DNA of 64,000 nt, from assembly GCA_002269645.1 (NCBI GenBank), contig NIVC01003429.1, forward strand, positions 1 through 64,000. Reading direction: 5' to 3'. The stretch is from Macrostomum lignano. Taxonomy: Eukaryota. The translations under genes and the position numbers were made by a program. The notes beneath the pieces were generated by a model, which saw nothing but the letters and a program-made list of their open reading frames with translations, searched no databases and was not told the DNA's origin. This document shows positions 50,464-64,000 of the stretch, piece by piece (the first letter of the stretch is position 1; the number at the start of each line of letters is the position of its first letter).

Positions 50464-53400
50464 CATGCATGATTGAACACCAAATCGAAATCTGGCACCC
50501 TCGGCAAATACAAAGTTATAATTTATTTCAACGGCACTTGCAATTCGCAATCAGAAGAGAGACCGCGCAGCTCTTTAGGGAGGAAAAGTGGCATAAAAAA
50601 GGCAAATTTTTGCTTCTGTTTTCGGCGTGTAAACTGATCTTGCGGTTGGCGAACTGACTTTCAATTTAATAGACGAACTTCGCTTGAGCAGCGGGCCGAA
50701 GTTGCGACAGGCCATTTGCATATTTTGGGAGTTGAGGTTTCCGGCCTTACAGATTCCAACTGCAATAATTCGCCTTACCTTATTTAGGTTTCACTCAGAA
50801 ATTCGATAAGCATCGTTCGAATTCGAATACGCACCCGCCAGCTCTCAAACGAGAGAGCGAAGAGGGAGACTGCAGGACAGCGGGCGAGCAACCCCCAAGC
50901 TGGGATGGGGAAATACTGCCGGCCTTCCAATTGCCCGCTTATCTACCGCCCTCCTGTCTGTTAAGCGCCAAAGCAGACAGACAACTTCTTTTCCCCCTGA
51001 AGCGTGCACCGGGCGCTCAGCCGAATGGATTCTTTTTTTTAAAAGGCGCAACCCAAGTTTACAATTAGCCCGCGATCCCGAAACCAGACTGGCCGAGGAG
51101 CCCGCGACACGCCCGAGGTTATCAGCTGGGGGTCCCGCCCTAAGCCTGGGGGGGGGGACAACTGGAGGCTGGGAGAGTTTTTGAAATCGAAAACGCCCTC
51201 GCCCAGCATGCCACACTGCCCTGTGAGGGCCTGTCATGTTGTGTGTTTTGCGCCTGCCTGTGGAAAGTCCTCCGGGGCCCCAACCCCATTGGTCTGGCCT
51301 GCCTGCCTGCCTTCCTGCTCGCAAAATTCAAACAACACAACAAGCTGCAAGTTTAAAACTTCAATTCTGTTTCACTGGCTGCCCGGACCCCAGAGAACAG
51401 GCTGAAAGTGTATTAAATTTAGGGGGGCTGGTGCTGCTTTAATGGAGGGGGTTGGCGGCCTGAATCAAAATCAGCTGGAGGGTCCTGAGCTGCGCGAAGA
51501 CGCCCCCCATGGCCTTGATCGGCTTGTGTGACTCAGAGAGAAAGTTTCACGCGCTCAGCCCGGCCCCACCCCCACCCCACCCCCCTTCAAATCAAACCCC
51601 CTCCCCCACGCTCTTGCAGGAATAAAGCTCTGATTTCACTCAAAGCGAGAAATTTAAACCTGCAAAACCGATTAGACAGGCGAAAGGGGGGATGCGCGTT
51701 GGTGGGGCCCGAAGCCGGGGCTATGAAAATTTAAATGAAGCCCCACGCGCCCTTCTTAATATACGGCTTGGGCCACTCACAGCACGCAGGGACTTCCACG
51801 ACTGACACTTGAAACTCAATCTGACCCTGTTGTGCGCCTCTGCCCTCCTCCACTGGCCTCGAGATCCACAATTTTTTTTAAATTCTTTCTTCACCGCAGC
51901 ACATTGGGGGGACCTACATGTGAATTGAGTTTGAAGGCCCCTGAGCTGCCTGCCAGTGCAAGCCAAAAAGCCTTCAAAGTCCCACCAGCCAAAAAGTTTC
52001 TTTTTTTTCGCCAGAGTTTTGGCCCAGAAAACTTATTATTTTTTCCTGTTTGGCTGCGCAAGTCTGGCCGCTGCGTGTCTGCTTGAGCCGGGCATGTCTT
52101 AAGACTCTTAAACAATTTCAACACAAATATTTGCTCTCCGGGACTGCAAACTGCGAAGAACCAAAATAGTAAGTTTAAACAACTCGGAATTTTTTCTATT
52201 TTTTACACTGTATTCGCACGGGGTGGCCGGCTTATCAGTTTGCATTTTTTGGGGAAAATTAGAATTTATTTTCATCACCTCTCTTTGTCGACTTGCTGGC
52301 AGGGGTGGGCCTGGGGCATTTTTGATGCGCGCAATATTCAAAAATACGAAGCTCGCTCTCTTCTTTCGCGGTTTTCATTCTTGCAGCAGCAAGCGATGAT
52401 GCCAGGCAAATTTCTCTTTGGCCTTCTCCCCGGGGTTTTAAACAGTTTGTCAATTCTGCAGCAGGAACTCAGTAATTGCGGCCTTTTAGTGATTTTTTGC
52501 TCTGCTGTTTATTACGGTTTGCCGCTTCATAATTTGTAATTTGTCCCTTGCGGAACCTGCATGGCACTCCATGTTCTCAGCTGCCCTGAGCCATGATGGA
52601 GCTGTGAGAGGGGGCTGGTGTCCTGGCTTTGGTTTCACAACTGGTCTCAAAAAATCTGGACACCCCCCACCGGCGCTAGCATTCCAGCACGCGGGTTGCA
52701 GGGACAAAACTCCACGGCACCGTGTCGGGCCGGTTAATCCCATTAAAGGCATTTTGGGAGCGGTGCGGCCGGTCTAAATTAAATTAGAATGAAGTTTGCT
52801 GTGTTTCCGGCCGGTCCTCGAGCTGGCGGCTCCCGCGCGGTGCCACTCAGGCCGCAACGGCCGACCACCTCTTTTGAAACGGCGGGTGCCCCTTTTCTAT
52901 AATCCCCTCCGCGCTCTTCCAATCCCCATTGTCTCCGCCATCCGTCAGACACTTTGGCTGGTGCAGGTCAGCCTAAAAAACCCACCTGGAGTTCGCCAAT
53001 CTCAAATCCCAACCCTGCCCCCCCGCCTCTCCTGAACAAGAGCGGCTGGTGATTAATGGAAAAATGGAAAATGGGCATCTGATTATTGCCCTGTAGGGTA
53101 TTGATGAGCGCAGATAACTTTTTTGCTTTTATAATAAAAAAGTTAATCTGACTGACTGAAGTGACTGGGTGGCTGCAGTTTTCTGTTACCTGCAGAAAAA
53201 GAGAATTAGACTGGGCATTCCCGGAATTGGCATTCTCAAGTGTCCTGGCGCTTTTCTATACTATTTTTGACGAAATCCGGAAGCGGGGGCTCTGTGAAAT
53301 TATTATTAATTTATTAATGAGTTGAGCCTGGCTGAATGTCTGTCAGATTAACTTGCTTTTGTGCAAATTAACCCTGCGAGGCTTTTGCACCTGCCAGCGA

Positions 53401-54654
53401 CAACTGCATTTCAGTCTGCTATATTTGTGTTGAGCTGCAAGCAGAGTGTCTTTGTGTGAAAATCAATAAGTTAATCCAATAAGTTAACCGTATGAAATTT
53501 CCAGTTCAAGTTTTCCTAGAAATCGAAGCCAAACATTTTCGCGCGAATTTGAATTTCAAGCCGAGATCCAAGGCAGGAGAAGCGAAGTTGAAAATTTTGG
53601 CGCGGATTCGAATTACAAAAACCCGGAGAGTTTTATAAGTTTTCCCTGCGTGTATTATCATGATTAATTCTCAGCGCACTATTAAGCCCCCATCTAAGAT
53701 GCTCGCCAGTCTTCTCAAGGATGCCGCCAACCCAGCAGCCCAGTCGAATTCGAGGCGCGAAGACTCGCTTTTAATGCGACCGCCACCCCCCCCCCCCCGG
53801 TGCCCCTCGCCGCTGGATCGGGTCGAAATGCCGAATATGAGGAATTTTTGCAAAATCAATAATGGCGAGGCAGGCAGGCAGGCAGGGAGGGTCGCGCTGG
53901 TGAAAAAAGAGCTCGCCGAGGTGCCGGCAGTACCGGGCATGCAGCGCAAACAGCCGTGTTCGCAAAAAAAATTTAATCAAATTTTTGTCCCTTTCACTCC
54001 CACTCTTTCTCTCCGGCCGAAAAATTCTCTTATACTTTTTTTTTAAAACTTCATGGGAGTTGGGGGAAGAGCGCCCGAGCCCTGCCGTGTTTTAATACGG
54101 AGCTGTGGGAGGGTCGCCAGCCCCAGCCGTGCAGCAGCCCTCATCGGGAGAGGGGGAGGGCAGGGCGAGGGGCCACCGCGCCCTTGGAGCCGAGGGCTGC
54201 ACGGAGAAAGTAGCTGGAGCTGCTATTTGGGGGGGGGGGGCTCCCAGCCAGCCTCCAGACTTAGTTTAGGAGGGATTATCTCAGTGAGTTTGAAATTTTC
54301 TGTCCAAACTGGGGGTTTGTCCGGAGGCTGGCCAGAGAGGGGGGCTTTTTGGAGCTGCAGGGGAGAGGGAAGGCCTGAGTCAGAGCTGATTGCTAAACCA
54401 AATTTCATTTATCAAATTGAAGCTATTGATTGAATTTGAGTTCGATGACAAAAATCGGCTGCTGCTTCTTTTTTGAAGTTGAGGAGTTTTTTAGTTCGAT
54501 TCTGGAGACTGGGACTCAAGCTCAAGCAGAGTTTGAGAAACCGAGGCGCTGGGCTCCACTCTGGGCTCCCTGTCAGCCTTTTAGACTTTTCATTTTCTTC
54601 TTTTTTCACTAATTCTCTTCTAGAGACTGCAGGAGCTGCTTTTAAGGATTTGGA

Positions 54655-55060
54655 AGTTGGGATCTGGGATTTGAGCTGTATAAAGGATTTGGATTTGTTT
54701 ATCTGGGACTTTGGGATCTGGGACTTGGAAGTGTCGGGATCTGGGATCTGGGATCTGGGACTTGGAGGTGTGAGGATCTGGGATCTGCGACTTTGAAGTG
54801 TGGATCTGGGATCCGGGATCTGGGATCTGGGATCCGGGACTTAGGAGTGTGGATCTGGGATCTGGGACTTGAGAGTGTGGATCTGGGATTTTGGGATCTG
54901 GGATCTGGGACTTCGGAGTGTGGATCTGGGACTTGGGAGTGAGAATCTGGGACTTGGCAGTGTGGATCTGGGATCTGAGATCTGTGACTTGGGAGTGTGA
55001 ATCTGGGATTTGGGACTTGGGAGTGTGGATCTGGGATCTGGGACTTGGGAGTGTGGATCT
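54655..55060. repeat. Degenerate gggatct/gggactt tandem repeat
   Basis: 7-nt core within a ~28-nt unit gtgtggatctgggatctgggacttggga. Confidence 0.9.
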
Positions 55061-56469
55061 AGCACTTGGAATCTACAGGAATAATCTGAAACAAAAGTTT
55101 TAGCTATTTGAAAGGCATTCTGAATTGGAGCATCATCATAAAGCTAACCGGTTAGTAATGATGGAAATTCTGAGCAAGCAAAGCCGCACCCATACGGACA
55201 GCAGTCTGCAATTTCACTTGAAAATGGTCTCATCTGAAACTTGAGCACAAATTATCAGACAGACAGGCGGAGTGGGGTTGAGAAGCAATTTGGCTGTGGG
55301 CGCAGATTGAAATTGAAATGGAGTGTTAAACAGTCTGACTCACCCCTCATCATCGCTATTTTTTTGCGCTGCCTGCCGCCCAGCCTCGTCCTCCTGAGAT
55401 TTGAAGAAAAAAGAAAATTACTATTTTAAAAAAGAGATGAGAGTATTTTTGCACAGGCGGGCGTCTGACCACAACTGAGCTCCTGACCCGCCACCCCCTG
55501 CCCCCGGTCTCTCTCTGTTTGAGTTTTTTTTAAAAACTTGCTGAAGCCTGAAAAATCAAATGTCAACAAAATGCGAGAGAGCGGGAGTTTGGAGGGGGGG
55601 TCATCGATCGGCAGCTGCAGCGGTCTGTGCCTCCAATATCAGCAATAAGTTTCGGCCCAACTCGACCGCTTTCCCGTGCATAATTATAAAATTGAACAAT
55701 TTTTTTTCAAGGAACAACTTTGCTTGAAGCTCTTTCTGGGCGGCTCCCACCATGAGAACCGCGGGGCGGCGCTCTGCCACCCCCCCCCCCCCTAGGGTTT
55801 TTAGCCGACACGGGGCTTGGAGACTCAAAATTGTACTGGGTGAAAAATTTATTCTCACAGCTTCAATTAAATGGAAAGCGAGCAAAGTTTATTTTTAAGA
55901 GTGGGGAGGTCTGGGCGATGTGGCAGACTTTGAGTTTTTCATATTATAAAAAAACTCAAGCGCAGTTTCCAGCCACAGACCCCCAGTTCTCAACTGCAGC
56001 CCCAGCCCCTTCCTGCTTTTAGTTTTTAAGCAATGAGAATTTTTAAGAGGTCCAAAAGCGGCCCTCAAACTCTTTCTTGTCAAATTCTTTTTCAATGTTT
56101 TGTTAGCTGTAAGCAGTTTTACAGCGCAGCCTGTCTGACAAACACAAAGGGACTGCTCTGAGGGAGTGCTCAGTCTGAGGGGCCTTCTTTGTAGGACTGC
56201 CTGTTGCCTGCAGCCGCATGTCCCACCTGAGTTGCTCGGGCAATATTGCTATTTAAGTCTGCTTTTATTGGGGCCACAATGGGCTGACTAATAGTCACCA
56301 CCCCATGTTATTTACCTGTGCGGGTGAGGCCGGACCTCATCGGTTGCTGGCCTCGAGCTCTGGAATTCTCAATTAAAACCTGCTTTGGCTGACACTTTGA
56401 AGACAAGCACATTGTTTGCAGCTGGGAAACACTTTCTGTAAACAGTAAACACTTTTGCAAATAGGAGTG

Positions 56470-56978
56470 TACAGCCTTCTGTAAACAGGCAACCGCACAG
56501 ACGACAGCCTTCTGTAAACAGGCAACTGGACAGGGGACAGCCTTCTGTAAACAGGCAACCGGACAGGGGACAGCCTTCTGTAAACAGGCAATCGGAAAGG
56601 GACAGCCTTCTGTAAACAGGCAATCGGAAAGGGACAGCCTTCTGTAAACAGGCAACCGGACAGGGGACAGCCTTCTGTAAACTGTAAACAGGCAACCGGA
56701 CACAGGGGCAGCCTTCTGTAAACAGGCAACCGGACAGGGGACAGCCTTCTGTAAACAGGCAACCGGAAAGGGACAGCCTTCTGTAAACAGGCAACCGGAA
56801 AGGTACAGCCTTCTGTAAACAGGCAACCGGACAGGGGACAGCCTTCTGTAAACAGGCAACCGGACAGGGGACAGCCTTCTGTAAACAGGCAACCGGACAG
56901 GGGACAGCCTTCTGTAAACAGGCAACCGGACAGGGGACAGCCTTCTGTAAACAGGCAACCGGACAGGCGACAGCCTTC
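56470..56978. repeat. 33-nt minisatellite, ~15 copies
   Basis: Unit gacagccttctgtaaacaggcaaccggacaggg. Confidence 0.96.
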
Positions 56979-59900
56979 CGCAGGTTTCACGCCAGCAAGT
57001 CTCCTTCAACACCCAGTCCGCTCCCTAAGCAGTCAACCCGCAATTACGTGCAACTTTTTCAGCAAAACTTCTCAACAAGGTCTCAAAAAAGCAGCAAATT
57101 CTAAAGTAAAACTTCAGAATTTTTTCAACAATTTCTCAGGAATTTCTGCTAATGGAAAATTCCCCACAGCCCCATTCTTTAATTTTCTTTTTTTCTTCCC
57201 TTTAAATTAATGGCGCCAGCACCCCGACTCACCTGCCTGCTCCGGCTTTGCCAACTTGCGGACGCGAAGGGCTTGGGGGGGGGGAGAAAAAACAATAAAA
57301 AGCAGCAGGAATTTGTTTCCCGTCGGCGAAAAATGATTTCCCAAAATTTCCCAACCCTCGCACTGCCCCCCCGAAGGTTCTCGCAGCCCGGCTTGATAAG
57401 AATTTGGCCCGTTGAGTTTTGGCAAACACGAGTTTCATAATATTAAAGCATTGTGAGCTGGGGCTGCTCACAGGACTTTATGAGTCTTGAGCCGTTCTGA
57501 GCAGCTCTGAGTTTCAAACCGGCCGCTCATCCCGCACCGTCTGCTGAATTCTCTCAATTTGAAAAGGCCTCACTGAAGGAATTTCCTGAGTCTCTGCGGG
57601 GTGGCTCTGAAAATATTGCAACACCGTCAGAGCCGCGGGGCTCATGAATGCTTAATGAATTGCCGCGAAAGAGGCAGAAAAACACGATTTGGAAAATTGC
57701 TCAGCAATGAAAATTCAAAGCTGCCTGCACGCCAGCCAGCGCAGAAGCAGAAGACTAAAAAACAAGAGGAAGAAGTAGAAGTTTTAAAGCAGATTTTAAA
57801 GCAGGCCGCCGGAGATCCGTCAAAAGTTTCTCGGCACCGCCGGCCGGCCGCAGGTGCCATCCGTCATGAGAGGCCCATCGTCGGCTCCGAGCTGCCGGTT
57901 TCTGGGGCGAAGAAAAGCCGGAAAAATGACTAAAGAATCCGGGCGGTGGCTGCAGCTTTTGAAAGCGGAATTGACGGCTGATTTACAGCGGCAGATAAGA
58001 CTCTGTCAAACCGCTGCGCCCCCCTCCATCATCATCTTATTGCGCCCTCACTGCCGCCCGCCTCCCCTCCCGTCTGCCGTATAAAAATTTGCCCCAAAAA
58101 AGCAAAAGTTGCCCGGGACCCTTCGGCTCTCCTCCCACCTGGTCTGCCGGCTTCCTTGGGATCCGATCCCTCTCGCTCTCTTATTCCAAGTTGAAGATTC
58201 GCTGTTAGAGATAAGGCCGAATATTCGAGATTCGAGCTGCTGCACTGGGGGGGTGCCTTCAAGTCTTGTTGCAGGTTTTTGTTTTAATCAATTGGATTCC
58301 GCGGACTCCCCCTCTCTGCGGCAAGAGAATTCTTCTGCTTCACAAGCGGGCCAGAGAGCTTTTCTTTGCAATCTCGGCCAAAGCAAAGCTGCGGCCGCCC
58401 ACCCTCCGCCAAGGCAGATTAATTCAAGCCAGCGGGCGCACCTGCTTTGCTGACTTTGCTGCTTTTAGCTTTTTTTATTATTATTCTCTTTTTTGCTTTA
58501 ACAAATCTGACAAATTCTGCTTCTTGGCTTGCAATTGCAGAGCTATAAAACTTGCTTTATGCGACCCACCGAAGGTCTGTGGGATCCACCGTGTGGGGGC
58601 GGATTTCATTTCTAAAGTCTTGCAACAGCTTTTGTAAGTTGTTCGATTGTCTAAGCTTGAGAACCTGACAGCGGCACCAACAATGCTGGAGGCAGGACAG
58701 TCAGACAGGCCCCTGATCCCCTCTCAGTTCCCTTCCCATATAAGCTTTAAAACTCCCCACAAAGCTGCAAGTTTTTGGCCCTTAAAGTTGTTGAACGCGC
58801 TGACTTCATTAATCAAGCGATTTTTGGGGCTTTCGTGTTTAATTTCTGCGACTAGAGGCAAACACTGGAACTCCCCTACCTGCTGGTCACAGATGGCCTC
58901 AACTACCGCCGCTGAGCTGCAGCCGCGACCCCCCCCCCACCCACAGCCCACTTTGCTCACCCGCTCGCTCAACTCCACCTCACAGTTTCAATTTAATTAT
59001 TTGAACAAAGGCAGGTCGCCCGGGTCGATTTGTTTGTTTCGGTTTTAACCTGCAGCCTGGGGTTATTAAACACTTCTTCATCATGCAGCAGGTGCGGATT
59101 TGGGAAGTTGATTCCACCTGGAACCTGCCTTGTGCCTGCTCTCCCCTCCCATTCACTGGCACCGGCTGTCTGACAGAGTTTCGGCTGACAGCTTCTGACT
59201 TCGCCGCTCCTGATCAGCTGATTCTGGCTTAGCCTCGTACGGGTTGCGAGAAAAATTAATTTTTTGTTGTTTATTTGCAGCAAACTCCGCTTTGACTTCT
59301 GCCAGCTAAAATCCCACGCTGGCCACCCTCCCCTCTGATCCCATTTCCAAGGCATTCTTCTGCTTCTTCTTAACAGAAGCAGCGCAATAATAACCAGAAA
59401 TCAGCCGCTGCAACTGCATCCCCCCTGACCCCCGCCCCGGGGGGAGAAGGGGATCCGAGCATAGAGGCTGGTTGTGAAAGTTTCTGGGGAACAGCGAGTG
59501 GGAGGTAGGGAGAGAGAGAGGGGGGAGAGGAAAACGGGAGCCTGGGATTTCATGAGGTTTTTGGTGGACATAAAAATTTTAATGACGGCGCGGGCCGGCC
59601 GCGGGGACTAATTTAAAAAAAGTTGACTTTCTTCAACTGAAATAAATTATAAGTAAACACAGCTGCCTTCAAGCAGCCTTCAAGCCCGCAGGTTCAGCCG
59701 CCTCCCCCGCGACCCAAACAGAATATAAAACTCACTGGGCCTCCCCAACCTCCCCCAATTCTTCCCCTTTTTTACCTCCTTCCCCTCCCCTGGAAAATTC
59801 AACTTACCTTTGCAATTCGCCCCGAAGCAAATGCAGGCTCTGCTCCGATGCGTGGCGCTTTAAATAAACAGTTTCTGGGGAGGCTGACAGAAAATGTCCT

Positions 59901-60429
59901 CATTTATTTTTCCACAAACTTTTTGTTTCTGCAGCTTGGGGCAATAAATAAGCGCCTCCTTGCCTTGGAGGCATCCGAGGCGTCTCATTGTCTTGGCATA
60001 ATTATCCTTTATGAGAGATTATTTACTCACCGCGGCCCGGGGGCTGCTGGGGCTGCGTGCATGCGGTCCGCTCCATCAGTGCCGGCATCAATATTTGATG
60101 CTCCGCTGCTCATTCCCGGTGTTCGCTGCCTCCTTGTCAAACTGGATGGGAATTTTCAATGATCTCAGAGAATCTCGGCCCTCTAATAGTTTCCCAACGG
60201 TTTTCACTCGACTCCCAACTCCAAAAAACGGTTAATATTTTATTGAGTCTGCGACCTTGCGGACACGCGAGTTGCGACATTCTCAAAAAATGTTTGCAGT
60301 TTTTAGCGCTGAATTGCAATTGCCAAGTCCAGGGTAACTTTTGCTGAGTCAGACTGGGCTGCAGCACCTCTCACAGCTGTAGCCTGTCAGGTGCGTGATG
60401 CCGGCGTAGTCTCAAATTCTGCATTTCAC

Positions 60430-61027
60430 GCGCCAAGGTGGGAGCTCATGATGGCGCCAAGGTGGGAGCTCATGATAGCGCCAAGGTGGGAGCTGATGGC
60501 GCCAAGGTGGGAGCTCATGATGGCGCCAAGGTGGGAGCTGATGATGGCGCCAAGGTGGGAGCTGATGATGGCGCCAAGGTGGGAGCTGATGATGGCGCCA
60601 AGGTGGGAGCTGATGATAGCGCCAAGGTGGGAGCTGATGATGGCGCCAAGGTGGGAGCTGATGATAGCGCCAAGGTGGGAGCTGATGATGGCGCCAAGGT
60701 GGGAGCTCATGATAGCGCCAAGGTGGGAGCTGATGGCGCCAAGGTGGGAGCTGATGATGGCGCCAAGGTGGGAGCTGATGATGGCGCCAAGGTGGGAGCT
60801 GATGATGGCGCCAAGGTGGGAGCTGATGATGGCGCCAAGGTGGGAGCTGATGATGGCGCCAAGGTGGGAGCTGATGATGGCGCCAAGGTGGGAGCTGATG
60901 ATGGCGCCAAGGTGGGAGCTGATGTTGGCGCCAAGGTGGGAGCTGATGTTGGCGCCAAGGTGGAGCTGATGATAGCGCCAAGGTGGGAGCTGATGATGGC
61001 GCCAAGGTGGGAGCTGATGGCGCCAAG
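60430..61027. repeat. 24-nt minisatellite, ~25 copies
   Basis: Unit ggcgccaaggtgggagctgatgat. Confidence 0.97.
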
Positions 61028-61944
61028 GCGCTCAGGCTTAGTGGCAATCGAGCAAGCGGCAGGCAGGCAGGCAGTCCTCTCTATTCACCTGAGCAGCCGG
61101 AGAGGCCCGGGGGTTTTAATGATTGAGTAAAGAAAGCAGTTGAGTTTTTTCTAAATGCTTGCACAGCTCAACTCGCCTTCAATTTCTAGAGAGCCCGGCG
61201 CATGCGAGCAGCCTCGGGCTCGAGTTTTGGTGGCCGGGTAATGAGACGTCCATTGTTTTGCAAACAAGTGTTTTTTTATTTTCTCATTTTCACCCTTGGC
61301 CGGTCAGCTAAAAAATTTTCCCATTCGAATTTCAAATCCCAAAATTTGTCCGCCTCGTTCTGGATTTTTTCAATCCTTCGACTCATCAGAGACTGCCAAC
61401 CCCGGGTCACGTGATCACCCGGGAAGTTTTTCAAGGGACGCAAAGAAGTCGCGGGCAGCTGGAGGGAGTTGATGAAGGGGAAAATGCGAGGGAGACAGCG
61501 GAGGCTGGTAATAAATATATATGATGCCGGGCATAATGCACATATCTGGGTGCGCGGCTCAGCTTACTTGGCCTCCCCTTCCCATCGATTCGGGCCCGAG
61601 CTGGTGGCGCGGCCGGGTAATTAGTCCCCGCTGAGGCCACATGAAATTTAACGAGAGATTTGAGCCCATTTTTAATAATTGGGGAGAATTTTACCCGTCT
61701 TACCCTTCCTTCCCCATCCCGAAAATCCCAGGATCCGTTTTCCCACTTCGACTCAGCTTCTCTCGCCAGACCCTCCCCCCTCTGGCCCCCCCGAGGGCGC
61801 CAAGTTTCTCCACCCTGAGGCTGTTTGCGACTATGATTCAGTTTTTATCTTCTCCGCGCGGCTGCCGCTTTGATGGGGCAAATTGCAGCCTCCGCGAGCC
61901 TGACCGGCTGTCTGCGCCATGGGGAGTTCCTCAGGCTCAAGATT

Positions 61945-62135
61945 GTGGCGCCAAGGTGGAAGAGTGTAGCGCCAAAGTGGAAGATTGTAGCGCCAAGGTG
62001 GAAGAGTTTAGCGCCAAGGTGGAAGATTGTAGCGCCAAGGTGGAAGAGTTTAGCGCCAAGGTGGAAGATTGTGGCGCCAAGGTGGAAGATTGTAGCGCCA
62101 AGGTGGAAGATTGTAGCGCCAAGGTGGAAGATTGT
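61945..62135. repeat. 21-nt minisatellite, ~9 copies
   Basis: Unit agcgccaaggtggaagattgt, ending ~30 nt before the acceptor at 62164. Confidence 0.95.
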
Positions 62136-62164
62136 AACACCCTTTCTCCTCCATCCGCCCGCAG

Positions 62165-64000
62165 CCGCCAGCCTGTGGACTCAGCAGCACGAGCTGTACA
62201 AGGCGGCAACAGCGGCCCTCGCTAGCGGCGGCTTCCCGCCTCTCGGAGCCGCGGCGGCAGCAGCAGCTGCGACCTCCTCGCATGCGCCGCCGACTACCGC
62301 AGCCGCAGCACCAGCCGCTTCGAAGAAGCAGCGAAGCCTGCAGAAATACGCAGCACCTGGCGAGCAGCCGCAGGAGCAGCAGCGGAGCGACTCCCCCGAC
62401 GCTGGCATGAACGGCTCTTCGATGTCGCAGAACTCCTCCGCGTTCGGCGGCTCCGGCCGGCGGAAGCAGACGAAGCCCAACCGAGTCAGCGGCGGCGAGG
62501 ACGGCAGCGGAACGGCGGCTGACGGCGGCTCTGCCGGCCAGCGGTCCGAAGCCGCATCGCCCGACGCCGCCGCAGATGAGCAGTCGGTCCGGTCGCCGCC
62601 GACCCCGCTGGCGCTGCCGCCGCCACCGCCGCTGCAGCAGTCAACTCCGCAGGCGGTGCCTCTGCTGCCGCTCCCGCCTCCGCTGCCCCTGCCACCTCCG
62701 CCGCCGCCACCTCCGCCGCCGCAGCAGCCGCCGCAGCAGCCGCCGCCGCAGTCGCAGCCTCCGCTGCCGTCGGAGAAGCCGGCAGTCCACAAGAACTCCG
62801 GCCTGGACAAGCATCACCAGCCGCTGCACGGGAAGGTGTCAGTCGAGGGCAAGCCGGACAGCTACTGCGAGTACTGCGAGAAGCTGTTCTGCAACAAGTA
62901 CTACTTGAAGAAGCACAAGGCCGACGTGCACGGCATCGCCGCTGCCGACCAGCAGCAGTCGGGCGGCGCCAGTGGCGGAGCTGGCGGGGGCGGCGGCGGG
63001 GGCGGCGGGCACCACCAGCCGCACGGCCACCAGCACGGCAGGAAGCGCGGGCAGTCAGAGGCGCCGCACCACACGACGGCCGCCGTCTCGGCCGCCGCCG
63101 CCATGGCCGCTAACCCGGCCGCTGCAGCCGCCGCGGCCGCCGCCGCGAACCCCATGGCGAACCCGCTGCTGTCCATGGGGCACTGCCTCAACCCCTTCCA
63201 GACTCTGCTGTTCAACCCGTTCGCCGCTCTGCCCTCCATGTCGCTGATGCCGGGCATCCCCCAGCCGTTCCTCCCCGGCGCCTACCCCATGATGGCCAAG
63301 CTGGAGGCTCCGCAGGCGCCGCAGCAGTCGCCGCAGGCAGCTCAGCCGCAGTCCACATTGGCGACTCCGTCTACCCCGCAGCCGACGCCGCAGCAAGCGC
63401 TGGCAGTCACAGCCCAGCAGCTGCCGCAGCCCCCGCCTCCGCAATCGGCGGCCCCGGCATCTCCGCCCGCCTCAGCGAAGCCGCCCGCCGCCTCCCCGCC
63501 CGCCTCAGCGGCCGACGTGAACTCGGATGCGTACTGCCCGATCTGCCAGAAGAATGTCTGCTCAAAGTACTTCCTCAAGACCCACATGGCCAACCAGCAC
63601 AACGTGAAGGACTTCAAGCCCGTTGACGGCCTCCCGTTGCCGCCCTCGACGCCTCCACAGCAGCAGCAGCAGCCTCCGCAGCAGCAGCCTCCGCAACAGC
63701 AGCAGCAGCAGCAGCAGCAGCCGCAGCCGATGAAGAGCTTGGAGACCGACTCTGAGCAGGTGCTCAACCTGAGCTCCAAGAAGCCGGCGTCTCAGCAGCA
63801 GCCGCAGCCGGAGGAGTTCAAGTGCCAAAGCTGCGCCCTGAGCTTCGGCAGCTCAGTGGAGTTTCGAGTTCACGTGGCCGCGCACCATTCGAACTTTGCG
63901 GAGCTTGGCAACCTGATGGGGCTGGCGATGCCCGCCATGGACCGCGCGCCGCACCACCCGCACCACCTGGCCAGCGCGCACCACCTGGATGCCTTCCAGT
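62165..64000 (+). CDS. Large coding exon of a C2H2 zinc-finger transcription factor (runs off window)
   Basis: Polypyrimidine tract plus CAG acceptor at 62164; frame open to 64000 with no stop. Fingers: CEYCEKLFCNKYYLKKHKADVH (62866-62931), CPICQKNVCSKYFLKTHMANQH (63535-63600), CQSCALSFGSSVEFRVHVAAHH (63823-63888). Pro/Gln/Ala/Gly low-complexity linkers. Not in the ORF track, presumably because no stop falls in the window. Confidence 0.93.

Noticed and set aside
62181-63828. Minus-strand and off-frame ORFs over the zinc-finger exon
   Set aside because: Shadows of GC3-rich, low-complexity coding sequence in the true plus-strand frame.

Overview
Eukaryotic (animal) genomic DNA. Coding exons are GC3-rich, introns are GT-AG (mostly GTGAG donors), and about 34 distinct mini/microsatellite arrays cover roughly 24 kb (~38%, hand estimate). 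The pattern is reminiscent of the flatworm Macrostomum lignano, but that is inference and was not verified. Contents: (1) 1-4484 minus: a 5'-complete APE-type non-LTR retrotransposon, most like the Ingi clade. It begins with a hand-folded HDV/CPEB3-like self-cleaving ribozyme, followed by a signal-peptide-like 2A ribosomal-skip peptide, PHD finger, APE, RT, RNase H and CCHC knuckle, broken by single-base frameshifts. (2) 5143-6147 plus: a two-exon secreted PAN/apple + C-type-lectin-like gene with one frameshift. (3) 13050-27330 plus: a 14-exon gene invisible to the ORF track, encoding a 466-aa protein with 13 [N/D]P[I/L/V]xG-type repeats; all 13 introns are phase 1 and ten are inflated by different minisatellites. 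(4) 46933 to beyond 64000 plus: a C2H2 zinc-finger transcription factor with a 15-kb first intron, preceded by about 19 kb with no credible CDS. Almost all long ORFs in the supplied track are artefacts of tandem arrays. No CRISPR array, rRNA or convincing tRNA was seen.
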